This document shows positions 16,701-26,800 of a stretch of DNA of 34,391 nucleotides, piece after piece. This DNA is from Thermoanaerobaculia bacterium (lineage in GTDB: Bacteria; Acidobacteriota; Thermoanaerobaculia; Multivoradales; UBA5704). A program made the position numbers and the translations under genes. A model generated the notes under the pieces. The model was not told the origin of the DNA. It worked only from the letters and a program-made list of their open reading frames with translations, and searched no databases. Within the stretch, counting starts at the first letter, position 1, and each line of letters starts with the position of its first letter. Location of the stretch: the NCBI GenBank assembly GCA_044226625.1, contig JBGAGQ010000067.1:1-34391 (forward strand), written 5' to 3'.

Positions 16701-19700
16701 AGCGTATGCACCAGCGGGTGGAGCTTCGGCCCCGCCGTTTCCTGCCTTTGGGCCGATTGACTCGAACTGGCCGCTCCCTTGGTCGGCACCCGCCCGTGGA
16801 CGGCCATGCCCACGTCGCGCCAGGCACCGTAATTGATCGCCACCGCCTGGATACCTCGCCGCCCGCCGAGGTCCTCGGCGAACGCGTCGAGGAATGAGTT
16901 CGCGGCGCAGTAGTCGACCTGGCCGAAGTTGCCGTAGATCGCGATCGTCGACGAGCAGACGACGAAGAAATCGAGCGGTTCGGCTACGAGCACGCTCTCG
17001 AGCACCCGCGCGCCCTCGAGCTTCGGCCGCAGCACCGCGGCGGCGACCTCCGGATCCTTGAGCTGGACGACGCCGCCGCCGGGAAGGCCTGCCGCGTGCA
17101 CGACGCCGCGGATTCCGTCGCCGAAACGCTCGTGCGCGGCGGCGACCGCCGCTCGCATCGATTCGGCGTTCGACACGTCGGCAGAAACGGCAAGCACCTC
17201 GGCGCCGAGCGCCTCCAGCTTGAGGATCGCGCGCATCGCGCGGCTCGCCGCGTCTCCCTCCCCCTCCGGCTGCGCCGCGAGGTGATCGTCCCAGCGCTCC
17301 CGCGGCGGCAGGGCGCTCCGGCCGGTGAGCACGAGGCGCGCGCGGCACGAGGCGGCGAGCGATTCGGCGAGCGAATAGCCGACGCCTCCGAGGCCGCCGG
17401 TGATCAGGTAGACACCGCGCTCGACGTAGGGGAGGCGCGCCTCCAGCGTACGGTCGAGCTCCACTCCTTCCCAGGCCTGAACCCAGCGCCGGTCGCCGCG
17501 GAGCGCGACGCCGACATCAGAACGTGGGTCGCAGATCTCGGCGAACAGCCGGTCGAGCGTTTCGTCGAGATCGCGCGGCGGCCATTCGAGGTCGATCGCC
17601 CGGGCCCCCAGGCGCGGGTTTTCCTGCGGCACCACCTTGCAGGGGCCCAGCAGCGTCGCCTTCTCCGGCGAGAGCCGCTCGTCGCCGCGGGCACGGAACA
17701 GACCGCTCGCCACCACCGCGATCTCGATCTTCTCGGCGAGCCGCTGCCGGCCGAGCGCCTGGGCGAGGAACAGCAGGCTCCAAAACGACCGCTTCTCGAG
17801 CGCGGCCGCATGCGCCGGGGTCGGTTCGAGGTCGTCGCCCAGCGCCAGGCAGTGGACGATCCGAGTCGGCAACCCCGGTCCCGCGGCGAGCGCTTCGAGA
17901 AGGCGATCGTAATCCTCGGCCCGGAAGGGATCGAACGCGAACCGCCCCGGCTCGAGCTCCGCGAATTCGCCTCCGGTCGCCTCGACGCCCGTGGCGATCG
18001 AGACGGTGACCCCGGCGGCCGCGAGCCTCCGGCCAAGCGCATCGGCCAGACCCTCGCGATCGGCGATCAGCAGGAACCGCTCCCCGCTTCGTTCGGCCGC
18101 CAGCTCCTCGACCGGCCGCGGCAACGCAGGAGAAGAGGGCTTCCAATAGGGGACGTAGAACCAGTTCTCGAAGTCGAGGCGCTTCGCTCCTTGCTGCGCC
18201 GACATCGCCGCCAGCATGTCGGAGGCCGGCTCGATGAAGAACCGCCGACGCTCGAACGGATAGGTCGGGAGCACCACGCGGTGCCGCTTCTGGCCGGAGA
18301 AGAACTTCTTCTGATCGATCGCGACGCCGCCCATCCAGAGCTGGCCCAGCGCGGTCAGCAGGACCGCGAGGTCGTCCTGCTCCTCCTTCGCCTGGCGCGC
18401 CGAGGCGACGACCGGCCGGCTGCCGCGATCCGGATGCTGGCGCGCGAGCTGCGCGAGGCTTGTTCCCGGCCCCACTTCGAGCAACGCCCGCTCGGGTTCT
18501 TCGAACAGCGTCGTGAGCCCTTCGGCGAAGCGCACCGTGCCGCGAAGGTGGCGGAGCCAGTACTCGGGATCGGTCGCCTGCTCGGCGGTGATCCACGCTC
18601 CGGTGACGTTTGAGACGTACGGCAGCTTAGGCGCCGAGAACGCGACCGATTGGAGCGCGGCGCGGAACGGTGCGAGCGCCGGCTCCATCATCGACGAATG
18701 GAACGCGTGCGAGGTGTGGAGCCGCCGCGAGGAGACGCTGCGCTCCCCGAGCTCGGCCTCCAGACGGTCCATCGCGGCGAACGGCCCAGCCACCACCGCC
18801 CGACGCGGCGCGTTGGTGGCGGCGAGCGATAGGTCAGGATGGCGCGCGAGCAGCTCTTCCACCTCGGCGCCCGGGAGCGAGACGGTGAGCATCGCGCCGG
18901 GCGGCACCGCCTGCATCAGCCGGCCGCGCGCCGCCACCAAGGCGAGCGCGTCATCGAGCGAGAAGACTTCGGCCAGGGCCGCCGCGACGTATTCGCCGAT
19001 CGAATGGCCGAGCATCGCCTTCGGCGCGATCCCCCAAGCCGCGAGCTGCCGCGCGAGCGCCCACTCGACGACGAACAACGCCGGCTGGGTGAGTCGCGTC
19101 TCGCCGAGCCGCCCCTCGGCTTCGGCACGCCGCTCCGGGGTCGGATAGAGGACCTCGCGCAGATCGAGCGACAGGTGGGGATTCAGAATCTCGGCGCAAC
19201 GATCGACCTCGGCGCGGAAGACCCGCTCGTTCCGGTAGAGGTCGGCGAGCATCCCGACGTGCTGCGATCCCTGGCCCGAGAACAGGAACGCGAGCTCCGG
19301 CGCTCCGGTCTCACGCCCCGAGACGAGAGGACGCTTGCCGTCGGCGCCCGAGAGCACGGCGATCGCGTCCTCGCGATCTCGGCAGACCAGCGCGCGCCGG
19401 AACTCCATCTGACGTCGGCCGAGCGCGAGCGTATAGGTGACGTCGGCGAAGGCCTCGGGCGAGGCCCCGGCCCCCGCCTCCAGGTGCTCCCGGAGCAATT
19501 CCGTCCGCCGGTCGAGCGCGCTCTCGGTGCGCGCCGACAGAAGTAATAGCTGCCACGGGCGCGAGGGGCCCGAGGGAGCGGCCAAAGGCGCCTCCTCGAC
19601 GATCGCGTGCGCGTTCGTGCCGCCGATGCCGAACGCCGAAACCCCCGCGCGGCGCGGGGCGTCGCCGCGGCGCCACGGCGTGAGGCGGTCCTGGACGAAG

Positions 19701-20899
19701 AACGGGCTCGACTCGAAATCGATCTGCGGGTTGGGCCGCTCGAAGTTGATGCTCGCGGGCAGCTCTTCGCGGTCGAGAGCGAGCAGCGTCTTGATCAGCC
19801 CCGCGACCCCCGCGGCCGAAGCCAAATGGCCGATGTTGGTCTTCACCGAGCCGATGCCGCAAAACGCCCGCTTGTCGGTCTTCGCCCGGAACGCGCGGGT
19901 GAGCGCGGTGACCTCGATCGGGTCGCCAACGAGAGTTCCCGTTCCGTGCGCCTCGATGTAGCCGATCGTCTCCGGGTCGACGCCGGAAACCGAATGGGCG
20001 GCGCGAATCACCCGCTCCTGACCGTCCGCGCCCGGGGCCGTGAAGCCCACCTTCGCCGCGCCGTCGTTCGAGACCGCGGTGCCGCGGATCACCCCCCAGA
20101 TGCGGTCGCCGTCGGCGAGCGCGTCTTCGAGCCGGCGCAGGACCACCACGCCGAGGCCGCTGCCGAAGATCGTCCCCTTGGCGTTCGCGTCGAAGGCGCG
20201 GATCCGGCCGTCGGGCGAGAGGATGTCCCCTTCGCGGTAGAAGTAACCCGCGGTCTGATTCGTGCGCACCGAGACCCCGCCCGCGAGCGCCATGTCGGTC
20301 TCGCCCGCGAGCAGCCCCTGGCAGGCGAGATGGACCGCGACCAGCGAGGTGGAACAGGCCGACTGGACATTCATGCTCGGCCCGCCGAGCCCCAGCTTGT
20401 AGGAGATGCGGGTCGAGACGTAATCGCGGTCGTTCGCGATCTGGGCGTTGAGCTCCCCCACCGAGGCGAGGAGCGCCGGGTTGCTGTAGATGTTCCAGAG
20501 ATAGGTCGTGAGCTTGATTCCCGAGTAGACGCCGACCGGGCCGGAGAATCGCTCCGTGTCATACCCCGCATGCTCGAGAGCTTCCCAGGCACATTCGAGG
20601 AACATGCGCTGCTGCGGGTCGACCAACTCGGCCTCTCGCGGGCTGTAGGAGAAGAGCGCGGCGTCGAACTGATCGTCGTCTTCGATGGTCCGTCCGACCC
20701 GCACGTAAGCGGAGTTCTGGAGCAGGACCTCGGACTCCCCGGCGCGCCGCAGGTCCTCCTCGGAAAAATGGGTGATCGACTCGACCCCGGCGCGCAGGTT
20801 CGCCCAGAACTCCTCGACGTTCTTGGCCCCCGGGAATCGGCCTGCCATGCCGATCACCGCCACCTCCATGCCGGTCCAGTCGTCGTCGCGTTCGCTCAT
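13784..20899 (-). CDS. Type I cis-AT PKS module with terminal condensation domain: KS-AT-KR(N part)-DH-KR(C part)-ACP-C (2371 aa)
   Basis: KS VQSACSTS (Cys ~20355), EAHGTGT, KTNIGH. AT GQGSQ, GHSIG, HAFH. KR TGGLGGVG and YCAAN. DH HRVAKTPAVP and HPALLD. ACP GGDSV (~15420). C HHLLMDGWS (~14790). ATGA overlap with the upstream stop at 20896-20899. Confidence 0.96.
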   Translation of the reverse strand: MSERDDDWTGMEVAVIGMAGRFPGAKNVEEFWANLRAGVESITHFSEEDLRRAGESEVLLQNSAYVRVGRTIEDDDQFDAALFSYSPREAELVDPQQRMFLECAWEALEHAGYDTERFSGPVGVYSGIKLTTYLWNIYSNPALLASVGELNAQIANDRDYVSTRISYKLGLGGPSMNVQSACSTSLVAVHLACQGLLAGETDMALAGGVSVRTNQTAGYFYREGDILSPDGRIRAFDANAKGTIFGSGLGVVVLRRLEDALADGDRIWGVIRGTAVSNDGAAKVGFTAPGADGQERVIRAAHSVSGVDPETIGYIEAHGTGTLVGDPIEVTALTRAFRAKTDKRAFCGIGSVKTNIGHLASAAGVAGLIKTLLALDREELPASINFERPNPQIDFESSPFFVQDRLTPWRRGDAPRRAGVSAFGIGGTNAHAIVEEAPLAAPSGPSRPWQLLLLSARTESALDRRTELLREHLEAGAGASPEAFADVTYTLALGRRQMEFRRALVCRDREDAIAVLSGADGKRPLVSGRETGAPELAFLFSGQGSQHVGMLADLYRNERVFRAEVDRCAEILNPHLSLDLREVLYPTPERRAEAEGRLGETRLTQPALFVVEWALARQLAAWGIAPKAMLGHSIGEYVAAALAEVFSLDDALALVAARGRLMQAVPPGAMLTVSLPGAEVEELLARHPDLSLAATNAPRRAVVAGPFAAMDRLEAELGERSVSSRRLHTSHAFHSSMMEPALAPFRAALQSVAFSAPKLPYVSNVTGAWITAEQATDPEYWLRHLRGTVRFAEGLTTLFEEPERALLEVGPGTSLAQLARQHPDRGSRPVVASARQAKEEQDDLAVLLTALGQLWMGGVAIDQKKFFSGQKRHRVVLPTYPFERRRFFIEPASDMLAAMSAQQGAKRLDFENWFYVPYWKPSSPALPRPVEELAAERSGERFLLIADREGLADALGRRLAAAGVTVSIATGVEATGGEFAELEPGRFAFDPFRAEDYDRLLEALAAGPGLPTRIVHCLALGDDLEPTPAHAAALEKRSFWSLLFLAQALGRQRLAEKIEIAVVASGLFRARGDERLSPEKATLLGPCKVVPQENPRLGARAIDLEWPPRDLDETLDRLFAEICDPRSDVGVALRGDRRWVQAWEGVELDRTLEARLPYVERGVYLITGGLGGVGYSLAESLAASCRARLVLTGRSALPPRERWDDHLAAQPEGEGDAASRAMRAILKLEALGAEVLAVSADVSNAESMRAAVAAAHERFGDGIRGVVHAAGLPGGGVVQLKDPEVAAAVLRPKLEGARVLESVLVAEPLDFFVVCSSTIAIYGNFGQVDYCAANSFLDAFAEDLGGRRGIQAVAINYGAWRDVGMAVHGRVPTKGAASSSQSAQRQETAGPKLHPLVHTLAEDEPARKVFLSRLSAGALWVVDEHRVAKTPAVPGTGMLEMARAAFVLATANGDPATPVELSDVYFLTPLMVPEGAVKEARVLVERGVERGGEEVWSFRIASRAPGEAKWQEHAFGKARRGPADLGRRDLSALRDVCAGRTDEVTGRLLDDREALVWWGDRWQTLKRVHIGDGCALARLELDPAFAADFAELPLHPALLDVATGIVGLLEEGSHLPFAYRRLRFAGGMPVRLWSSIRKREDGTAETVTADVSLLDDEGRAVVEIEAFTLKSVGAAAGRLEAQGAAPSAQAAGPGRQEAASSSSGSAPAASSGDRERDALLAQSGMSPQEGVEAFRRILASRVGRQVAVSPRDLRVLLEQMQRARAEGPGELAAASTAARAAHPRSVQTPFAAPRTETERKLGEIWQRVLGIEEIGIDDNFYEMGGDSVLGIQIVAAAREAGIDLQSSHLFEHQTLRELGLALGDLPVEVGTREDAGEPFALAGLDPERLSALVSGRDAVDAYPLSPLQQGFLFDTLAAGKQAVYLEQVTCTLVGEIEEAALAEAWQRSVDHHPALRTGFAWEDLDQPLQLVASRATLPVAFDDLRALPPEEKKARAEALTRLDRETPFDLTAPPLMRLRLIRTEDRSWEVVWSHHHLLMDGWSSPMLVVEVLSTYEALRRGEEAVLPPTRPFRDYIAWLAERTARAAGATESFFGRYLGGFSGPTPLAADRPDEGGHPERADFIRLGATVDPELERAVREAGKREQTSLSIVVATAWALLLAQEAGSDDVVYGVSVSGRPPELTGVERIVGCFINALPVRARLAAETPVGEWLRSFQVEQAELLGYSHAPLVEAQRAAGLPADRGLFDTAFEFWNFPFTKPEGRLSFEMRMPDYDVSTNLPLSLRVIPQPGLELQLTYDRRRFDAATIQHKLKKLQAALAALSAEAGSTLGQAIERLAALDRERVAATAASVADVAREKLKARRRPAASQV
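13930..15200 (-). other. Terminal C domain with DCL-like signature
   Basis: DAYPLSPLQQGFLF, LRTGFAWEDLDQPLQLV, WSHHHLLMDGWS, FRDYIAWL. Confidence 0.82.
15630..18160 (-). other. KR (structural and catalytic parts) interrupted by a DH domain at about 15890-16725
   Basis: The catalytic KR runs from YLITGGLGGVG to INYGAWRDVGMA (~16805). The DH follows (LHPLV, HRVAKTPAVPG, LHPALLD). The KR C-terminal segment GMSPQEGVEAFRRIL...QVAVSPRDL then resumes at ~15731-15630. Confidence 0.8.
18330..19290 (-). other. AT domain, malonyl-CoA type
   Basis: FSGQGSQ, TQPALF, GHSIGE (~19000), TSHAFHS (~18705). Confidence 0.9.
19590..20870 (-). other. KS domain of the NRPS-to-PKS hybrid type
   Basis: VAVIGMAGRFPGA, DPQQR, VQSACSTS, HGTGT, NIGH. 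The Cys-His-His triad is present. Confidence 0.92.
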
Positions 20900-23800
20900 C
20901 CCTGCTCCCCTTCCGTCTTACGTTGCGCCAACCGCCGCTTCAGCCGATCGCGTCCGGTCGCGAGCTTTTCGGTTCTGTCCTCGATCACCGCCGCCGGCCG
21001 CGGCGCCGATTCCCCTTGCGAAAGGAACGCGGCGAGCGCGGCGACGGTCGGGTGGGTGAACAGCTGCACCACCTGTAGCTCAGTGCCGAAAGCCTCCTGA
21101 ACCCGGGCATGAACTTTCACCATCTGCAGCGAGTTGCCGCCCAGCTCGAAGAAATTGTCGTCCTTGCCTACCTTCTCGACTCCGAGCACGTCGCGCAGAA
21201 TCGCGGCGAGCGTTCGCTCGATCTCGGTCTGGGGCGCGGCGAACGCGCCGCTCCGGTTGGTATCGTCCGGCTCGGGCAGTGCTGCGCGGTCGACTTTGCC
21301 GTTAGGGTTCACCGGTAGTTTCTCCAAGAGGACGAAGGCGGCCGGAACCATGTAGTCCGGTAGCCGGTCTTTGAGGAACGCTCGCAGCTCGGCGACGTTT
21401 GGACGGCCGGCGGCCGGCGTTCCCGGTTCCAGGACCACATAAGCCAGAAGGCGCTTCTCGCCTTCGGAGCCCGCGGATCCGGGCGACGGCCGAGCGATCA
21501 CCACACACTCGCGCACGACCGGATGGCGGCCGAGCAGCGCCTCGATCTCTCCGGGCTCGATGCGATAGCCGCGGATCTTCACCTGCACGTCCGCGCGCCC
21601 GGCGAACTCGACCTCGCCGTCCGGCAGGTAGCGCCCGAGGTCGCCGGTGCGGTAGACCCGATCGCCGGAATCCGCGAGCTCGGCGTCGTCCGCCGCCGGG
21701 TTCCGAGTAAATCGCGCCGCGGTCGCCGCGGGATCGCCGACATATCCGGCCGCGAGGTGCGGGCTGCGCATCAGGATCTCGCCCACCTCGCCCACCCCGG
21801 CGAGGCGCCCGGCCCGGTTCACGACCAGGACCTGGACGTCCTCGATTCCCCGACCGAGCGGCAGACTTTGCTTCTCTCCGCGATCGCGCCCAGGCTCGGG
21901 AACCACATGGTATCCCACCGAACGCTGCGTCTCGGTCGAGCCGTAGTAGTTGACGACCGTGACGTTCGGCGCGAGCGTTCGGAGACGCTCCACGTCACGC
22001 CGGGTGAGCACGTCGCCGACGAAGAACGCCCAGCGCAGATCGGGGGCGACCGGCGGCGCTTCTCCCGGACCCAGCTCGCACAAGATCTGCCCCATCGCGG
22101 GCGTCAGGTGCGCGACGGTGATCCGCTGGTCGCGGAGCCAGGCGGCGAGGCGCCCGGGGACCACGATGTCGCCGGGGGGCGGCGCGACCACCGCCGCGCC
22201 GGTCTGAAGCGGCGTGAACAGGTCGCGCTGGAGAGGATCGTGCGCGAGGCCGGAGAGCATCGTGTAGCGGTCTTCCGGGCCAAAGCCGAAGCGCCTCTCC
22301 TGCCAGGGTACGAAGTGCGACAGCGGACCGTGTCGCCCGAGGATCCCCTTCGGAACTCCGGTCGAGCCCGAGGTGAATGAGAGATAGGCAAGGTCGTCGG
22401 GGCCGATTTCGACGCCCAGCGGCGCCGCGCTCTCCTCCGCCGTGGGATCGGCGAGCACCGAACCGAACGCAGGGAGGGTCAGGCGGCAGGGCACCGCCGT
22501 CTCCTCCAGGAACTCCACCACCTGGGCGGGCACCGGCCCCGCCGCCTCGAGGGCCAGGAATCCGGTCGGCCGCGCCAGCCGGAGCGTGTCGACCATCCGC
22601 TTCCCGGGGTGGGCGGGATCGAGGATCGTGAACGCGGCCCCCGATTCGAGCACGCCCATCACCGCCGGAACCAGGCGCGCCGAGCGGTGGCCGAGGATGG
22701 CGACCGCATCGCCTTTCCGAACCCCTTCCCGCGCGAGCCGTCGGGCGATCCGCCGCGCGCGGTCGAGCAGCTCTCCGTAGGAAAAGCTCTCGGCTGGGTC
22801 GGCGACCGCCAGGCGCTCGGGCGTGCACTCGGCCCAGGCGGTGAAGCGTGCCGGGACGGAGCCGACCCACGCGGCCGAAAGCGTCGCCCGGGGGTCGGGA
22901 AGGATCTCCGCTCCCATCGCGAGCGAGAGCTCGGCCGCCGGGCGATCGGGCTCCGCCATCGCCTGGCCGAGCAGAGAGCGATACTGATGGAGCATCGCGG
23001 CGATTCGAGCCGGATCGAATAGGTCCGCGTTGTAGACCCAGTCGAGATGGATCTCGCGTCCGACCTCGAAAGCGTAGACCGTGAGGTCGAATTTCGCCTG
23101 GGCCTCCGGGGCCGCGAGCGGCGCGACGCGGATCCCCTCGACCGCGGCATGTACCTCCGGAAGGTTGACCATGTTGAAGAACGCCTGGAACAGGGGTGTC
23201 CGCGCGAGGTCGCGGGCCGGCTGGACCGCGTCGAGCAGTCGCTCGAACGGCACCTCGTCGCCGAACGCCTCCAGGACCCGCCCGCGCGTGCGCTGGATCA
23301 GGTCGCGGAAGCTCGGCTCGAGGCTCTCCCGTTCCGACGCCTCGGGTGCGAGATCCAGGCGCAGGACGAGGGTGTTCAGGAACATCCCGATGAGCGGTTC
23401 GAGCTCCGGCCGATCTCGCTCGGCGGCCGGCGTGCCGATCGCGAAGTCGCCCTGCCCGGCGAGCCGGCCCAGCTGCAGTGCCCAGCCGGAGAGCAGCGTC
23501 ATGAACAGCGTCGCCCCCGACGAGCGCGCGAGCGCGCGGACACCATCCGCGAGATCGGCCGGCAGGACCAGCGAGGCCGAGGCTCCGGCGAAGGTCCGCA
23601 CTGCCGGCCTCTGGCGGTCGAGCGGCAACTCCAGCGCGGGCGGCATCCCGGCGAGCCGCGTTCGCCACCTTTCGAGGCGACGCGCAAGGCGCTCGGCGGA
23701 GAGCTCGCCGCGCTGCCAGACGGCGTGGTCGACCACCTGCACCGCGAGCGCCGGGAGCCCGGATGCCCGGCCGGACCGCGCCTCGCCGTAAAGCGCCGCG

Positions 23801-26800
23801 AGATCGCGCACCAACACGCCGACCGACCAGCCGTCGGCGATGGCATGGTGGAGCGCGAAATGGAGAGCGAAATGGAGTTGAGGACCGGCCGTCTCCCCGA
23901 GGTCTCCGACGTCGACGGCCACCAGATGGAAGCGCGCGAGCGGACCGCGCTCGAGGTCGAACGGCGCCGCGGCGAGCCGCTCGTAAAGGCGGACGCGTTC
24001 GGACTCCACTCTCCGTCCGTCCAGGGCCGAAAGATCCGCAAGCGGGAGCGCGAGCCCCGCTCGCTCGGCGATCCGCTGCACCGGCGCGTCGCCCGCGAGG
24101 GCGAAGGTCGTCCGCAGGCTCTCATGGCGCTCGACCAGGCGATCGAGCGCCGAGCGGAGCGCCGGCACCGAGAGGTCCCCTTCGAGCCGCACCGCCGCCG
24201 GAATCGTGTAGGTCGAGCTCCCCGGCTCGAATCGGTCGAGCAGCCAGAGCCGCTCCTGCGCGAAGGAGAGCGGAATCGGGCCTTGCCGATCGGCCCGAGG
24301 GATCGTTCGCACTTCGGACCCGTCCGCCGTTTCGCCGATCCATTCGGCGAGCCCGGCGACCGTCGGCCGGTCGAACAGGACGGATAGAGGCAGCTCGACC
24401 GAAAACGCTTGGCGCAGGCGCTGCGCCGCGCGCGTTGCGAGAAGCGAGTGGCCTCCGAGGTCGAAGAAGTCGTCCTCGCGGCCGATGTCCGGGCGCTCTA
24501 GGAGATCGCTCCAAATCGCCGCGATCTGCCGTTCGACCTCGCCGCGCGGCGCCTCTCCGGCCGCTCCCAGTCCCCCCGCCTCGAAGGCGGCGCTCCGGGC
24601 CAGCCGGACGGCACGGAGCAGGGCGCGACGGTCGACCTTGCCGTTCGCGGTGATCGGCAGGGATTCCAGGCGGAGGAAGGTCCGCGGCACCATCGCCTCG
24701 GCGAGACGCTCCCTGAGCGCGGCGACCAGGTGTCGATCACCGAGCCCCTCGGCGCCCGGCATCGCGACCACGAAGCCGATCAGGCGGCGCTCCGCGCCGG
24801 AAACCTCCCCGTCCTCCACCGCCACCGCGGCGTCGCGCACGCCGGGCACCGCCGCGAGCGCGGCTTCGATCTCCCCCAGCTCGATGCGCTGGCCGCGGAT
24901 CTTGACCTGCCGGTCGATGCGGCCATGGAACTCGAATTGGCCGTCCGGCCGGAGACGCACTCGGTCGCCGGTCCGGTACATGCGGCTGCCGGCCGGCGCG
25001 CCGAACGGATCGGGAACGAAACGCTCCGCCGTCTGGGCAGGGTCGCCGAGATAACCGCGCGCGAGGCCGTCGCCCGCCACCGCGAGCTCGCCCGCCGAGC
25101 CGGTGGGGGCAAGCCCTTGGAAGCGATCGAGCAGATAGGCCCGAACGCCGGGGATCGGCTGCCCGATCGGCGGCGCTTCGGTACCATCGCCATCGCGCGC
25201 CTCGCCCTGGGTAGAGATGACCGCGTTTTCCGCCGGTCCGTACTGGTTGCAAAGGACATATCGGGCGCCCGGGGGGAGGCCGCGGAGTAGACGGTCGCCC
25301 CCGGTCCCGAGCGCCCTTAGCGCGAGGTCGGGAGGTGCCGGCTCGAGCGCCGCGAGATCGAAGATCGGCGTGGGCATCCAGCCGAGGGTCAGGCGCTCCG
25401 ACGCGAACCAGCGCATCAGGGCCGCCGGCTCGTTTCGGATCGCGGTCGGTGGGATGTGAAGGCTCCCGCCCGAGACGAGGGCGGGCCAAATCTCGATGAT
25501 CGACGCGTCGAAGCTCGGTCCCGCGGTCTGGCTCCCCCGATCCGCGGCCGTCCAGGCGAATCGGTCGCGATACCAGCCGACGATGTGGAGCGCGCCGCGA
25601 TGGCTCATCGCGACCGCCTTCGGTCGGCCGGTCGAGCCCGAGGTGAAGATCACGTAGGCGAGGCTTTGGGGATCGCGGCGGCGCGACGGAACCGCCGAGG
25701 ATCCGGAAACGGCAGCGACCGGCTCGGTGTCCAGAGCGATGACCCGCGCGTCGCCGCACCAGGATCCCGCGAGCTTCGACCGGGTGATCACCGCGGCCGA
25801 CCGCGAAAGCGCCACCATGTCGCGACGCCGTTCGCTCGGATAGGCGGGGTCGATCGGTGCGAACGCCGCCCCGGCCCGGAGCACGCCAAGCTCGGCCACG
25901 ATCAGATCGATCGAACGGTCGAGGCAAACCGCGACCGAAGCGTCCTCGGCGATCCCCAGCTCGCGCAGCTTCCAGGCGAGCCGGTTCGCGCGCGCCCCCA
26001 GCTCGCCGTACGAGATCGTGCCGTCCAAGTCGGCGACCGCGAGGGCCTCGGGCGTTTGCTCTTCCCACCGGGCGACGAGGTCGTCGAGTTGGGCCGCCAC
26101 GTCCCCAACTCTCCCTGGCCCCGCGCCGCGGCCCGCGGCGAGCAGCTCCTCCCGCTCGGCGTCGGAGAGCAAGCTCAGCTCCGACAGACGCGCCGTCGGG
26201 CGCCGGCCGAGATCGACGAGCACGCGTCCGAGCTGGCCGAGCAGACGCTCGACCGTCGTCCGTTCGAACAGGTCGGCGTCGTACTCGACCCCGGCCGCGC
26301 CTCCGCCTTCTGCTCGCGGCTCCACGTAGAGGGTCAGATCCCACTTCGCCGCGACCTCCTCCGGCTCGATCGGCGTGAGGCGCGCCCCGGGAAGCGAGAG
26401 GCCGGTCCCGGTGGTCGGCTGCGAGACGAGAGCCACCTGGAACAGCGGCGCGAGCGAACGCGCGCGTGCCGGAGCCAGACGCTCGACCAGCCGCTCGAAC
26501 GGCACGGGAGAGCGCTCCGCCGCGATCAAGCGCGCCCGGCTCGCTGCGAGCAGGTCGGCGCCGGAAGGATCGCCGGAGAGGCCGGCCCGGGCGACCGCCG
26601 TATCGGCGAGCATGCCCACCACCCCCACGGTCTCCGCGGTCCGCCCCGCGACCGGCAGGCCGATCGCGATCGTCTCGCGACCGGACAGGCGCGAGAGGAG
26701 AGCACCGAACGCGGCGAACCAGACCTGGAACGGGGTCGCGCCGAAACGGCTGGAGAGCGACGAGAGAGCGGCCGTGATCTCACCTACGGGCACAAAGGGG

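Noticed and set aside
19810-19845. KS motif GHLASAAG lacking the usual acidic residue, as a sign of a non-elongating KS
   Set aside because: The catalytic Cys and both His residues are present and the AT is intact, so there is no basis for calling it KS0.
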